Source: Anaerolineae bacterium (GTDB lineage Bacteria > Chloroflexota > Anaerolineae > Anaerolineales > UBA4823). Taken from it: DNA of 64,000 nucleotides. Both the position numbers and the translations under genes were made by a program. Of the stretch, positions 30,128-37,552 are shown one piece after another. The notes beneath the pieces are model-generated. The model was given only the letters and a program-made list of their open reading frames with translations. It searched no databases and was not told the DNA's origin. The stretch covers positions 889 through 64,888 of the forward strand of contig QOQU01000008.1 of the NCBI GenBank assembly GCA_003327455.1. The letters run 5' to 3'. Each line of letters begins with the position of its first letter. Position 1 is the stretch's first letter.

Positions 30128-31867
30128 TTATACCAACGCGTCCACCATCTCCATCATCTGCTCAACTCGCCAGTTGCGTACCTGACTGGCTTTGTTAGGA
30201 CAGGCGACCACGCAGGCGCCGCAACCCTGACACAGCGCAGCGTTGACGGTGGCATAGTTCCAAATCGGATGAATCTCGCGCGCCCCATACGGACACACTT
30301 TGACGCAGGCACCGCAGGCTGCGCACAATTCTTCGATTACACTGGCAACCAACGGGGAGGCTGTCATCTCATTTTTAGAAAAGAGTTGAAGCACTTTCGC
30401 TGCTGCACCAGAAGCTTGTGAGACCGTCTCGGGAATATCTTTAGGACCCTGTGCTACCCCGGCGAGGTAAATACCTGCGGTCAGGGTTTCCACCGGACGC
30501 AATTTAGGATGCGCTTCGTTGAAAAAGCCGTAGCCATCGGTGCTGATATGCAGCAGTTGCCCAAGTTCAACTGAGCCGTCTGACGGAAGCATAGGGGTCG
30601 CCAGGACTACCAGGTCGGCGGCAATTTCCACTGCTCGTCCCGTCAAGGTATCACTGCCCCATACAATGGTCTGATCGCCTTCGCGGAAAACGCGACTGAC
30701 CTTACCGCGCAAATACAACACGCCATAATCGGTCATGGCACGCTGAACATATTCATCGTAATTTTTGCCTGCCGAACGAATATCAATATAGAAAACATAA
30801 GCCTGCCCCTGCGGAACACGTTCTTTGTAAAGCATGGCTTGTTTTGCCACATACATACAACAGACTTTCGAACAATATGAGACACCATGTTCCGGATCAC
30901 GTGAGCCGGCGCACTGCACAAAAACCACCTCGCGAGCGATCTTGCCATCCGATGGACGACGGATGACATCCCCGGAGCGTAACATTCTCTCAAAGGTTAG
31001 ACCATCCACCACATCGGGGATATCCGCGCCTCCATATTCGGGCAGACGGGCACGGTCATAGGGTTGCCAGCCGCTGGCAACCACAATCGCCCCAACGTCA
31101 AAAGTGTAGGTCAAGGGTTGAAGGTCGTCTAAGGGTACAAGTGGCGCCTGTGCATCAGATGGTTTTTGCCTCACCCTGACGCGGAAGTTGCCCACATAAC
31201 CGGATAAACCTTCCACTTCAGCATTTAGAAGGGTTTGAATACCAGGATGGGAAAGCACCTGCTGGACTTTCTTCTCTAACAAGTCAGGAGCAGCTTGAAA
31301 GTTCAGATAGCTACCGCTAAGTTCAGCCATGCGCCCGCCGAGATGGTCTTGTCGCTCTACCAGGATCACCGGGTAACCGGCTTCGGCAACATCCAGGGCA
31401 GCCTGCATCCCGGCAATCCCACCACCGATTACCAGCGTGCGATGGGTAAGAGGTAAAATCAGCGGCTCGAGCGCCTCGTTGCGCTTAACTTTTTCGACAA
31501 TCGATTCGGTGATCTCAATAGCTTTCTGCGTGGCGGCTTCTTTATCCTGTTGATGCACCCAGGAAACCTGCTCACGTATATTTGCCGATTCGCAGCGGAA
31601 ACCGTTCAAACCAGCCGCTGAGACCGTACGGCGGAATGTCGATTCGTGCATGGCTGGAGAACACGCTGCTACCACAACTCCATCGAGCTGGTATTTCTCA
31701 ATACTTTCGCGAATTAGCTGTTGGCCCGGGTCGGAACACATGTATTTATAGTCGATGGCAAAGACCACATCCCCATTGCGTTGCAACTGCTCCACCACGG
31801 TTTTGACATCCACCGTACCAGCGATATTATGCCCACAGTGACAGACGAAGACTCCAATCCGACTCAT
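30128..31867 (-). CDS. hdrA: HdrA-type flavoprotein (N-terminal CxCG domain, no inserted ferredoxin, C-terminal ferredoxin)
   Basis: RIGVFVCHCG, AACSPAMHE, GGGIAG, QCAGSRD, CSKVCCMY, GPKDIP and two CxxCxxCxxxCP motifs. ATG at 31867 follows GAGGAG. Confidence 0.9.
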   Translation of the reverse strand: MSRIGVFVCHCGHNIAGTVDVKTVVEQLQRNGDVVFAIDYKYMCSDPGQQLIRESIEKYQLDGVVVAACSPAMHESTFRRTVSAAGLNGFRCESANIREQVSWVHQQDKEAATQKAIEITESIVEKVKRNEALEPLILPLTHRTLVIGGGIAGMQAALDVAEAGYPVILVERQDHLGGRMAELSGSYLNFQAAPDLLEKKVQQVLSHPGIQTLLNAEVEGLSGYVGNFRVRVRQKPSDAQAPLVPLDDLQPLTYTFDVGAIVVASGWQPYDRARLPEYGGADIPDVVDGLTFERMLRSGDVIRRPSDGKIAREVVFVQCAGSRDPEHGVSYCSKVCCMYVAKQAMLYKERVPQGQAYVFYIDIRSAGKNYDEYVQRAMTDYGVLYLRGKVSRVFREGDQTIVWGSDTLTGRAVEIAADLVVLATPMLPSDGSVELGQLLHISTDGYGFFNEAHPKLRPVETLTAGIYLAGVAQGPKDIPETVSQASGAAAKVLQLFSKNEMTASPLVASVIEELCAACGACVKVCPYGAREIHPIWNYATVNAALCQGCGACVVACPNKASQVRNWRVEQMMEMVDALV

Positions 31868-31878
31868 CCGTTTTCTCC

Positions 31879-33282
31879 TCAATCACCCACAACTTCTAAA
31901 ACACCTTGTGCCTGGCTTTGGGCATGACGATTTTTTTGGAAGAGCGAAAGCACTTTTGCCGCCGCGCCACTTGCCTGGGCTACAGTTTCGGGGATGTCTT
32001 TCGGTCCTAAAGCGGTGCCAGCCATAAAAACACGTGGCGCGATGCTTAAAACAGGATCCAGCTCCTCGTTGGCGGCGATATAGAAGCCGTTTTCATCGCA
32101 GGGTACACCAAACAAGGCAGCCACCTGGGGATTGGTGGGGCGGGGAATCACCGCGGTGGCTAAAACCACCAGATCCGCAGCAATTTCTACGGTGCGGTTG
32201 CTAAGCGTATCCACCCCTTTCACGATGACCTTATCGCCTTCGCGGAAGAGCTTGCTCACCTTACCGCGCAAATAAATTACGCCATCTTCCTCCATGGCGC
32301 GGTTGACAAATTCTTCATATCCTTTGCCACCGGCGCGCACATCAATATAGAAGACATAAGCCTGCCCCTGCGGTAGACGATGTTTATACAGGATGGCTTG
32401 TTTTGCAGTGTACATGCAACAGATCTTTGAGCAATAAGGGACACCGTGTTCAGGATCGCGCGAGCCACTGCATTGAACAAAAACCACTTCTAATGGCGGT
32501 TTCCCGTCTGAGGGGCGTAAAACTTTGCCTGCTGTCGGTCCACTGGCAGCCAATAATCGCTCAAAAGCCAGGCCGTCGATCACATCCTCGATCTTCCCGC
32601 CCCCATATTCGGTTAATCGGGATTGAGGAAAAAGATCGTAACCGGTGGCGAGGATCACGACACCAACCTTTTCTTCGTAAAAGGTATCTGTTTGGTCCCA
32701 TTGAATGGCGCCGGTCGGACAGAATTTCTCACAAGCCCCACATTTCGGTTTAGCCGGGTTACCTTTGGCATCCACCGCTGGGACACGTCCTGCCTCGATG
32801 TCCCATTTGGATTGCAGGTAACGGCAGTTTGCGGCGTCAATGACGGGCTTGTTGGGAACGGCCTGCGGTGAAAGGGTATAGATGACCTTGCGCGTTCCGA
32901 CTCCCCGCTCAAAGATGGATTCGACCTTGAACGGGCATTTTTCCTGGCATACGCCACAACCTGTACAAAGATCCCAATCAACATAGGCAGCTTTGCGGCG
33001 GATGCGGACGTTAAAGTCACCATTTTCGTCTCGCTCAATGGCGTCAATCTCGCTATAGGTGTAAAGGCGGATATTCTCGTGCTTGCCGGTTTCCACCGTT
33101 CGGGGGGTAAGTATACATTGGGAGCAGTCCAGCGTCGGGAAGGTCTCCGAAAGTTGTGCCATGTGACCTCCAATGGAAGGCTCCCGTTCCACCATAACGA
33201 CTTCATAACCGCTGTTGGCAATATCCAAAGCCGCCTGAATGCCGGCAATCCCTGCGCCAACCACCAAAGCTCGTTCAATCAT
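31879..33282 (-). CDS. hdrA: HdrA-type flavoprotein (begins at the FAD domain, has the inserted ferredoxin)
   Basis: ALVVGAGIAG, LSETFPTLDCSQC, CTGCGVCQEKCP, CGACEKFCP, QCSGSRD, CSKICCMY and GPKDIP. ATG at 33282 follows GGGAGG. Confidence 0.9.
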   Translation of the reverse strand: MIERALVVGAGIAGIQAALDIANSGYEVVMVEREPSIGGHMAQLSETFPTLDCSQCILTPRTVETGKHENIRLYTYSEIDAIERDENGDFNVRIRRKAAYVDWDLCTGCGVCQEKCPFKVESIFERGVGTRKVIYTLSPQAVPNKPVIDAANCRYLQSKWDIEAGRVPAVDAKGNPAKPKCGACEKFCPTGAIQWDQTDTFYEEKVGVVILATGYDLFPQSRLTEYGGGKIEDVIDGLAFERLLAASGPTAGKVLRPSDGKPPLEVVFVQCSGSRDPEHGVPYCSKICCMYTAKQAILYKHRLPQGQAYVFYIDVRAGGKGYEEFVNRAMEEDGVIYLRGKVSKLFREGDKVIVKGVDTLSNRTVEIAADLVVLATAVIPRPTNPQVAALFGVPCDENGFYIAANEELDPVLSIAPRVFMAGTALGPKDIPETVAQASGAAAKVLSLFQKNRHAQSQAQGVLEVVGD

Positions 33283-33302
33283 TGCCGATGCCTCCCATCC
33301 TT

Positions 33303-34172
33303 CTAGGCAACCGTTGCGAGATACGATTCGAATAGGGGACGCGGATCTACACTGTGGTTCTCCATGCCCCAAACCTCGCCGGGCAGGCCGAGCGCTACAG
33401 CCATTAATTGGGTAAAGTACAGCACTGGCAAAGGCTTAACCGCCCACCCACTCACAGCTTGCTGAGGGTAATCAAGGTTGTATTGACACAATGGACAGGC
33501 AGTGACCAGCGCTTGCGCGCCGTGGCGCCGGGCAGAGGCGAGGATATCTTGCGCCAATTGCTGCGGCACATCAGGTTTACTTACTGCCAGATATGAGCCG
33601 CAACACTCGGATTGATAAGGGAAAGTGATCACTTCACAACCTAACGCTTCCAGGCATTCGTGCAAGATATGTGGGTCATCGGGATCATCCAGCTGAATCT
33701 CGCCAGGTGGACGCAATAATAAACAACCGTAGTAAGGGGCGACTTTCAGACCTTTGAGCGGCCGACTCACTTTGCTCTTCAGGGTTTCCCAGCTCAATTG
33801 ATCGCGTAAAAGCTCCAAAAAGTGCGTCACGCGCACCTGGCCAAGATAAGGCTCCTCGGTAAACCAGTTAATCCGTTCGAGGACATCCGGATGCCCCTGG
33901 AGGAAGTTTTGGGTGCGGCGCAAGACGTGGAAGCAAATGGCGCACAAGGTGGTTACCTGTCCGCCTGCGTCTTGTGCCTGGCGGAGCAGGCGGGTGGGAG
34001 CAATTAATGCCATGGCATTGTCGGTAGAGAGAGGAAAAGTTGCTCCACAGCATTGCCATTCTGGTAACTCCTGGAATTCAAGACCCAAAGCTTGGGCAAC
34101 TGCGCGTCCCGAGCGATCATAACCACTGGCTTTGGTTGATAAGGTACAACCGGGGAAATAGGGAATTGCCAT
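33303..34172 (-). CDS. hdrB: Heterodisulfide reductase subunit B (copy 1)
   Basis: YFPGC, QCCG, CAIC, YYGCLLLRP, ECCG and ACPLC motifs. Confidence 0.93.
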   Translation of the reverse strand: MAIPYFPGCTLSTKASGYDRSGRAVAQALGLEFQELPEWQCCGATFPLSTDNAMALIAPTRLLRQAQDAGGQVTTLCAICFHVLRRTQNFLQGHPDVLERINWFTEEPYLGQVRVTHFLELLRDQLSWETLKSKVSRPLKGLKVAPYYGCLLLRPPGEIQLDDPDDPHILHECLEALGCEVITFPYQSECCGSYLAVSKPDVPQQLAQDILASARRHGAQALVTACPLCQYNLDYPQQAVSGWAVKPLPVLYFTQLMAVALGLPGEVWGMENHSVDPRPLFESYLATVA

Positions 34173-34183
34173 GTTCACCTCTC

Positions 34184-34588
34184 TCAGACAGAATACTTGC
34201 GAAAGCCACCGATGATGGCAAGCTGGGGCATTTCAGCTGCCTGTTCAGGAGCAATCTGGTCAGGATTTAACACATTCCCATACTTCTCCATATAGAGTTG
34301 ACGCAGCGCTTCCATCACGCGCGGCAAATCAATTCCTTTAGGACAGCGCGAGACACAGGTGAGACAAGCCGCACAGGTCCAGATGGTCTGAGCCTGCAAG
34401 ACATCTTCCATACCCAATTGCGCCATGCGAATGACTTGATTGGGTAAAACATCCATGCTAAAAGCCACCGGGCATCCTGCGCTGCATTTGCCGCACTGGT
34501 TACAAGCCAACAGGCTCTGACCGCTGATGGTTTCAATGCGACTGACAAACTCGCCACGAACCGTTTGGAGAGAGATTTTTGTACGCAT
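34184..34588 (-). CDS. hdrC: Heterodisulfide reductase subunit C (copy 1, short)
   Basis: CNQCGKCSAGCP and WTCAACLTCVSRCP. Confidence 0.92.
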   Translation of the reverse strand: MRTKISLQTVRGEFVSRIETISGQSLLACNQCGKCSAGCPVAFSMDVLPNQVIRMAQLGMEDVLQAQTIWTCAACLTCVSRCPKGIDLPRVMEALRQLYMEKYGNVLNPDQIAPEQAAEMPQLAIIGGFRKYSV

Positions 34589-35059
34589 CGCACCGCCTTT
34601 ATGAAAACGATGATAACCTGCTAAAGAGGATTCGGAATTGCTCTTCAGGCAGAAGAGATTGCCTGATGAAAAGCTAAGATCAGATCATGGGAATTCGTTA
34701 ATAACATCAACCACCTCTAAAAGAACACCGCTTTGGATTGCTTTGATTATCGTCTAAATTCAGAGTAAAGTAATCTGCAATAGATAATCAAGTGTAAAGA
34801 CGAAAATCACCCCGCATAGAGGAAGAAAATCAGAACGCGTGACGAAACATTTCCCAACCTTTCACGCCATCTTTTACCCCCAAGGGCAGCCAGGGGGTAT
34901 TTTCGAAGCTTCAGAGGAGAACAATTGAACCTTCGTTTTGGTTGGATTCGTCAGGGGATCACGCGTGCCTATTCTATTCAGTGAGGAAAGAATTCCTTCG
35001 CCCAACAATCTTGTAAATTCATTTAACTTCCAACCTAACAGTTCTGCGAGGTTATTTCG

Positions 35060-35088
35060 TTGACAGGGACTCCGTTTTCTGCTAGGAT
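35060..35088 (+). promoter_or_regulatory. Sigma70-type promoter upstream of the tandem riboswitches
   Basis: TTGACA (35060-65), 17-bp spacer, TAGGAT (35083-88). Confidence 0.7.
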
Positions 35089-35100
35089 AAGCTCAAGCAC

Positions 35101-35186
35101 GAAAAGGCAAACCCGACGAAAGTCGGTGACGCAAAGCCATGGGTCTACCGTCATCGTTTGATGACCAGGACTGCCAGGTTACCGAA
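35101..35186 (+). ncRNA. c-di-GMP-I (GEMM) riboswitch 1
   Basis: GGCAAACCC-GACGAAAGTC-GGTGACGCAAAGCC...GGTCTA...GCCAGGTTACCGAA matches the GEMM consensus, with a GAAA tetraloop and G at the position equivalent to G20. Confidence 0.92.
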
Positions 35187-35221
35187 TGTGACCAAGAATC
35201 GATATTGTGTCTTCATTCGAA

Positions 35222-35249
35222 GAGCCTGGCTACGCCCAGGCTCATTTGC
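35222..35249 (+). terminator. Expression-platform terminator-like hairpin of riboswitch 1
   Basis: GAGCCTGG/CCAGGCTC stem followed by ATTTGC, a weak U-tract. Confidence 0.55.
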
Positions 35250-35277
35250 TTGAGTGCACTTTACCAATCTGATCCCG

Positions 35278-35367
35278 ACCGATAAAGGCAAACCCGGTGA
35301 AAGCCGGGGACGCAAAGCCATGGATCTACAGCCAGCCATGCTGGCCAGGATAGCCAGGTTACCGAAG
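35278..35367 (+). ncRNA. c-di-GMP-I (GEMM) riboswitch 2 (tandem)
   Basis: GGCAAACCCGGTGAAAGCCGGGGACGCAAAGCC...GATCTA...AGCCAGGTTACCGAA. Confidence 0.92.
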
Positions 35368-35384
35368 CAGTGGAGATTCTTGCC

Positions 35385-35416
35385 AACGGGCTTGGTTATC
35401 CAAGCCCGTTTTATTT
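35385..35416 (+). terminator. Expression-platform terminator of riboswitch 2
   Basis: AACGGGCTTGG-TTAT-CCAAGCCCGTT followed by TTATTT. Confidence 0.8.
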
Positions 35417-35430
35417 GGAGAGTAAATCGA

Positions 35431-37107
35431 ATGAAGACGAACCAACCTCGAACCAGATCAAGCGCCTTTCTCAGCCTATCAAGTCGAAAGGCGCTGAGCG
35501 GGTTTGGCATTTTGGGTGTCCTTCTCCTGATTCTCTCCATCTTACCCATTCGAACCGCCCAGGCTGCATCCTCCTCCAGCTTACCTGCCTGTCAGCCATT
35601 TGTGCAAGTCAATGACAATGCCTTCGGTCTCGGCGGTGGAGCAGATGGTACCTTCAGCTCCGAAGAGGGTTTTGAAGTGCTGGTCTTCAATGGGCAACTG
35701 TACCTTGGCATGGAAGCCGATAACTCCATGGGAGCGCGAATCTGGCGCACAAAAGCTGGCGTGACTGTTCCCTCTTCCCAAGCAGATTGGGAGGAAGTGG
35801 CAGCGAATCCCCAAGGATACCCCTTCGGGGTAAGCAATATCACCCAAAACGACCATATTGACAGCCTGGCTGAATTCAATGGCTATATCTATGCCAGCAC
35901 CGCCAATGGCGGCAGCAGTACATATGGAACACGGGTGTTTCGCAGCCTCACCGGTAATCCAAATAGCTGGGAAGATGCCTTAATCAACATCGGCGCCGGC
36001 TTTGGCAGCACACAGAACACAAATTTCAAAGATATGCAGGTGTTCAATGGCTGGTTGTGCGGCGGCACTCAGAACTGGCTTTACGGGGCTCAGGTCTGGT
36101 GCACCCAGGATGGCCTAAACTGGACGCAAAAAAATATCAGTGGGTTCGGCACTACCGAATACAACAACAAAACTGTCGAGGTCTGGTCGGGATACGTTTT
36201 TCAAGGAGCCCTGTATTTTGGCGTGCAAAATCTCGGCGCAACCCGCTCCAGTAACTATGATGATCTGGGAAAGCTGTATCGAACCCGCAACCTGAACGGC
36301 ACTCCGCAGTGGGAAGAGGTCTTTGTTAGCCTGCCCGGTTACCTGAATCGGGTCGATATCCTTGGGGAATTAAACGGTTATCTCTATGTTGCCAGTCGGG
36401 GTTCCAATGGCGGGACCATCATTTACCGCAGTCCAAACGGCGATCCTGGCACCTGGCAACCTGTCAGCCTTGAAGGGGTCAATGGTAACACCGCCAACAA
36501 CGGTGTGATTGTTGACAGCGCTGTGACTTATGAAGGTGGTTTATATGTGGCAGTTGGCAACAACAGCGGCTTTCAACTGTGGCGTACCTCAGGAGCTGAC
36601 CAGGGCACTGGATTGGTAGATTGGGAACAAGTGGGTGGAAGTGGTTTGAGTGATGCAAAGAATGTCCTCTCAGAGCTTGTGACCTTTAATGGTTATCTTT
36701 ATGCCTGGACAACCAATTACAGCCGCGGTCAACAGGTGTTACGTTCTAACTGCGCTGCTGGGGCGGTGCCGCTATCCCCAACCGCAACGAATACCTCCCA
36801 ACCAAGCCCTACCCCAACGGCAACTCAAACAACTCAACCCAGCCCTACCTCTACAGCTACCGTACCTCCCACAGCTAGCCCTACCCCCACGGTAACTCAA
36901 ACATCTCCAGTTAGCCCAACTGAAACGACTATCCCCACCCAAACTCCGGTTGCTTCTACCACACCCGCTCCCAGCCTGACACCAACCGCTACGCCCACTT
37001 CAGAGACACCACCGTCAGTCTGTCCGCAAGGTGATCAAAGCTGTCAAAGCTCCAATCCAAATAGTTCTCCATATAGCGTATTTATCCCCATTTTGATCAA
37101 ACCGTAA
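35431..37107 (+). CDS. Secreted beta-propeller-like protein with Thr/Pro-rich stalk and C-terminal VFIPILIK tail
   Basis: Signal peptide ending RTAQA, about 6 repeats of the type (L/F)xxFNGxLY...G..(I/V)WR, PT-rich linker. The start is moved to 35431 because 35254 lies within the riboswitch leader. Confidence 0.75.
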   Translation: MKTNQPRTRSSAFLSLSSRKALSGFGILGVLLLILSILPIRTAQAASSSSLPACQPFVQVNDNAFGLGGGADGTFSSEEGFEVLVFNGQLYLGMEADNSMGARIWRTKAGVTVPSSQADWEEVAANPQGYPFGVSNITQNDHIDSLAEFNGYIYASTANGGSSTYGTRVFRSLTGNPNSWEDALINIGAGFGSTQNTNFKDMQVFNGWLCGGTQNWLYGAQVWCTQDGLNWTQKNISGFGTTEYNNKTVEVWSGYVFQGALYFGVQNLGATRSSNYDDLGKLYRTRNLNGTPQWEEVFVSLPGYLNRVDILGELNGYLYVASRGSNGGTIIYRSPNGDPGTWQPVSLEGVNGNTANNGVIVDSAVTYEGGLYVAVGNNSGFQLWRTSGADQGTGLVDWEQVGGSGLSDAKNVLSELVTFNGYLYAWTTNYSRGQQVLRSNCAAGAVPLSPTATNTSQPSPTPTATQTTQPSPTSTATVPPTASPTPTVTQTSPVSPTETTIPTQTPVASTTPAPSLTPTATPTSETPPSVCPQGDQSCQSSNPNSSPYSVFIPILIKP

Positions 37108-37288
37108 GCCTGATTCCTCTCGTCCGATTCGCCAGGTCTTTAACCAACTCCTTACCCTGTCCATAACACTTGGTGATGATGCCTTATGGGATTCGCCAAA
37201 AAAAGATGTAAGCAAAGGACAGCGAGATAAGTCAAACAATCAGCCAGAAGGTTCAGTTCTGAGGCAAAAATTCATTCACGCTGGATAA

Positions 37289-37317
37289 TCCTAAGGCTGT
37301 TTTAAAACTCCTTAGGA
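37289..37317. promoter_or_regulatory. Palindromic operator-like site
   Basis: TCCTAAGG-CT-GTTTTAAAAC-T-CCTTAGGA, about 10 bp upstream of a -35. Confidence 0.4.
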
Positions 37318-37327
37318 CTTAAGGGGA

Positions 37328-37356
37328 TTGCATTTAACCAGGATTTATGTTATAAG
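37328..37356 (+). promoter_or_regulatory. Sigma70-type promoter (extended -10) upstream of riboswitch 3
   Basis: TTGCAT, 17-bp spacer ending in TGT, then TATAAG. Confidence 0.65.
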
Positions 37357-37389
37357 TAAATTAAATCGTCCTATCATTGTGCGGAGCAC

Positions 37390-37468
37390 ATCGAAAGGGC
37401 AAACCCGCCGTAAGACGGGGACGCAAAGCTGAGGGTCTATTTATCAGAAATAGATAGTCTAGCTGCCG
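37390..37468 (+). ncRNA. c-di-GMP-I (GEMM) riboswitch 3
   Basis: GGGCAAACCCGCCGTAAGACGGGGACGCAAAGCTGAGGGTCTA...ATAGTCTAGCTGCCG. Confidence 0.88.
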
Positions 37469-37500
37469 TGGGTGTTTCTACTAGCGGCAGTTTTTATTTT
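37463..37500 (+). terminator. Terminator overlapping the 3' end of riboswitch 3
   Basis: CTGCCG...CGGCAG stem followed by TTTTTATTTT. The 5' arm is part of the aptamer. Confidence 0.75.
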
Positions 37501-37552
37501 GTCAAGACTGCCATCCGATCTGATACGTTCAATTGAATAGAAGGAGGTCTAA

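Noticed and set aside
20171-34588. Possible selenocysteine (in-frame TGA) in HdrA or MvhD, and possible frameshift splitting of hdrA
   Set aside because: The positions I checked (MvhD CNWC and GCHPGDCHY; HdrA CHCG, ACSP/SCTP) are Cys in uninterrupted ORFs. The two shorter hdrA genes each have their own SD and start.
35254-35430. ORF-track N-terminal extension of the beta-propeller protein
   Set aside because: It runs through c-di-GMP riboswitch 2 and its terminator. The ATG at 35431 has an SD-like GGAGAG and begins a normal signal peptide.
35101-37468. Possibility that the GEMM aptamers sense 3',3'-cGAMP
   Set aside because: All three have G at the position equivalent to Vc2 G20 (GGCAAACC), whereas cGAMP-selective variants have A there. 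Only ligand-binding assays would settle it.
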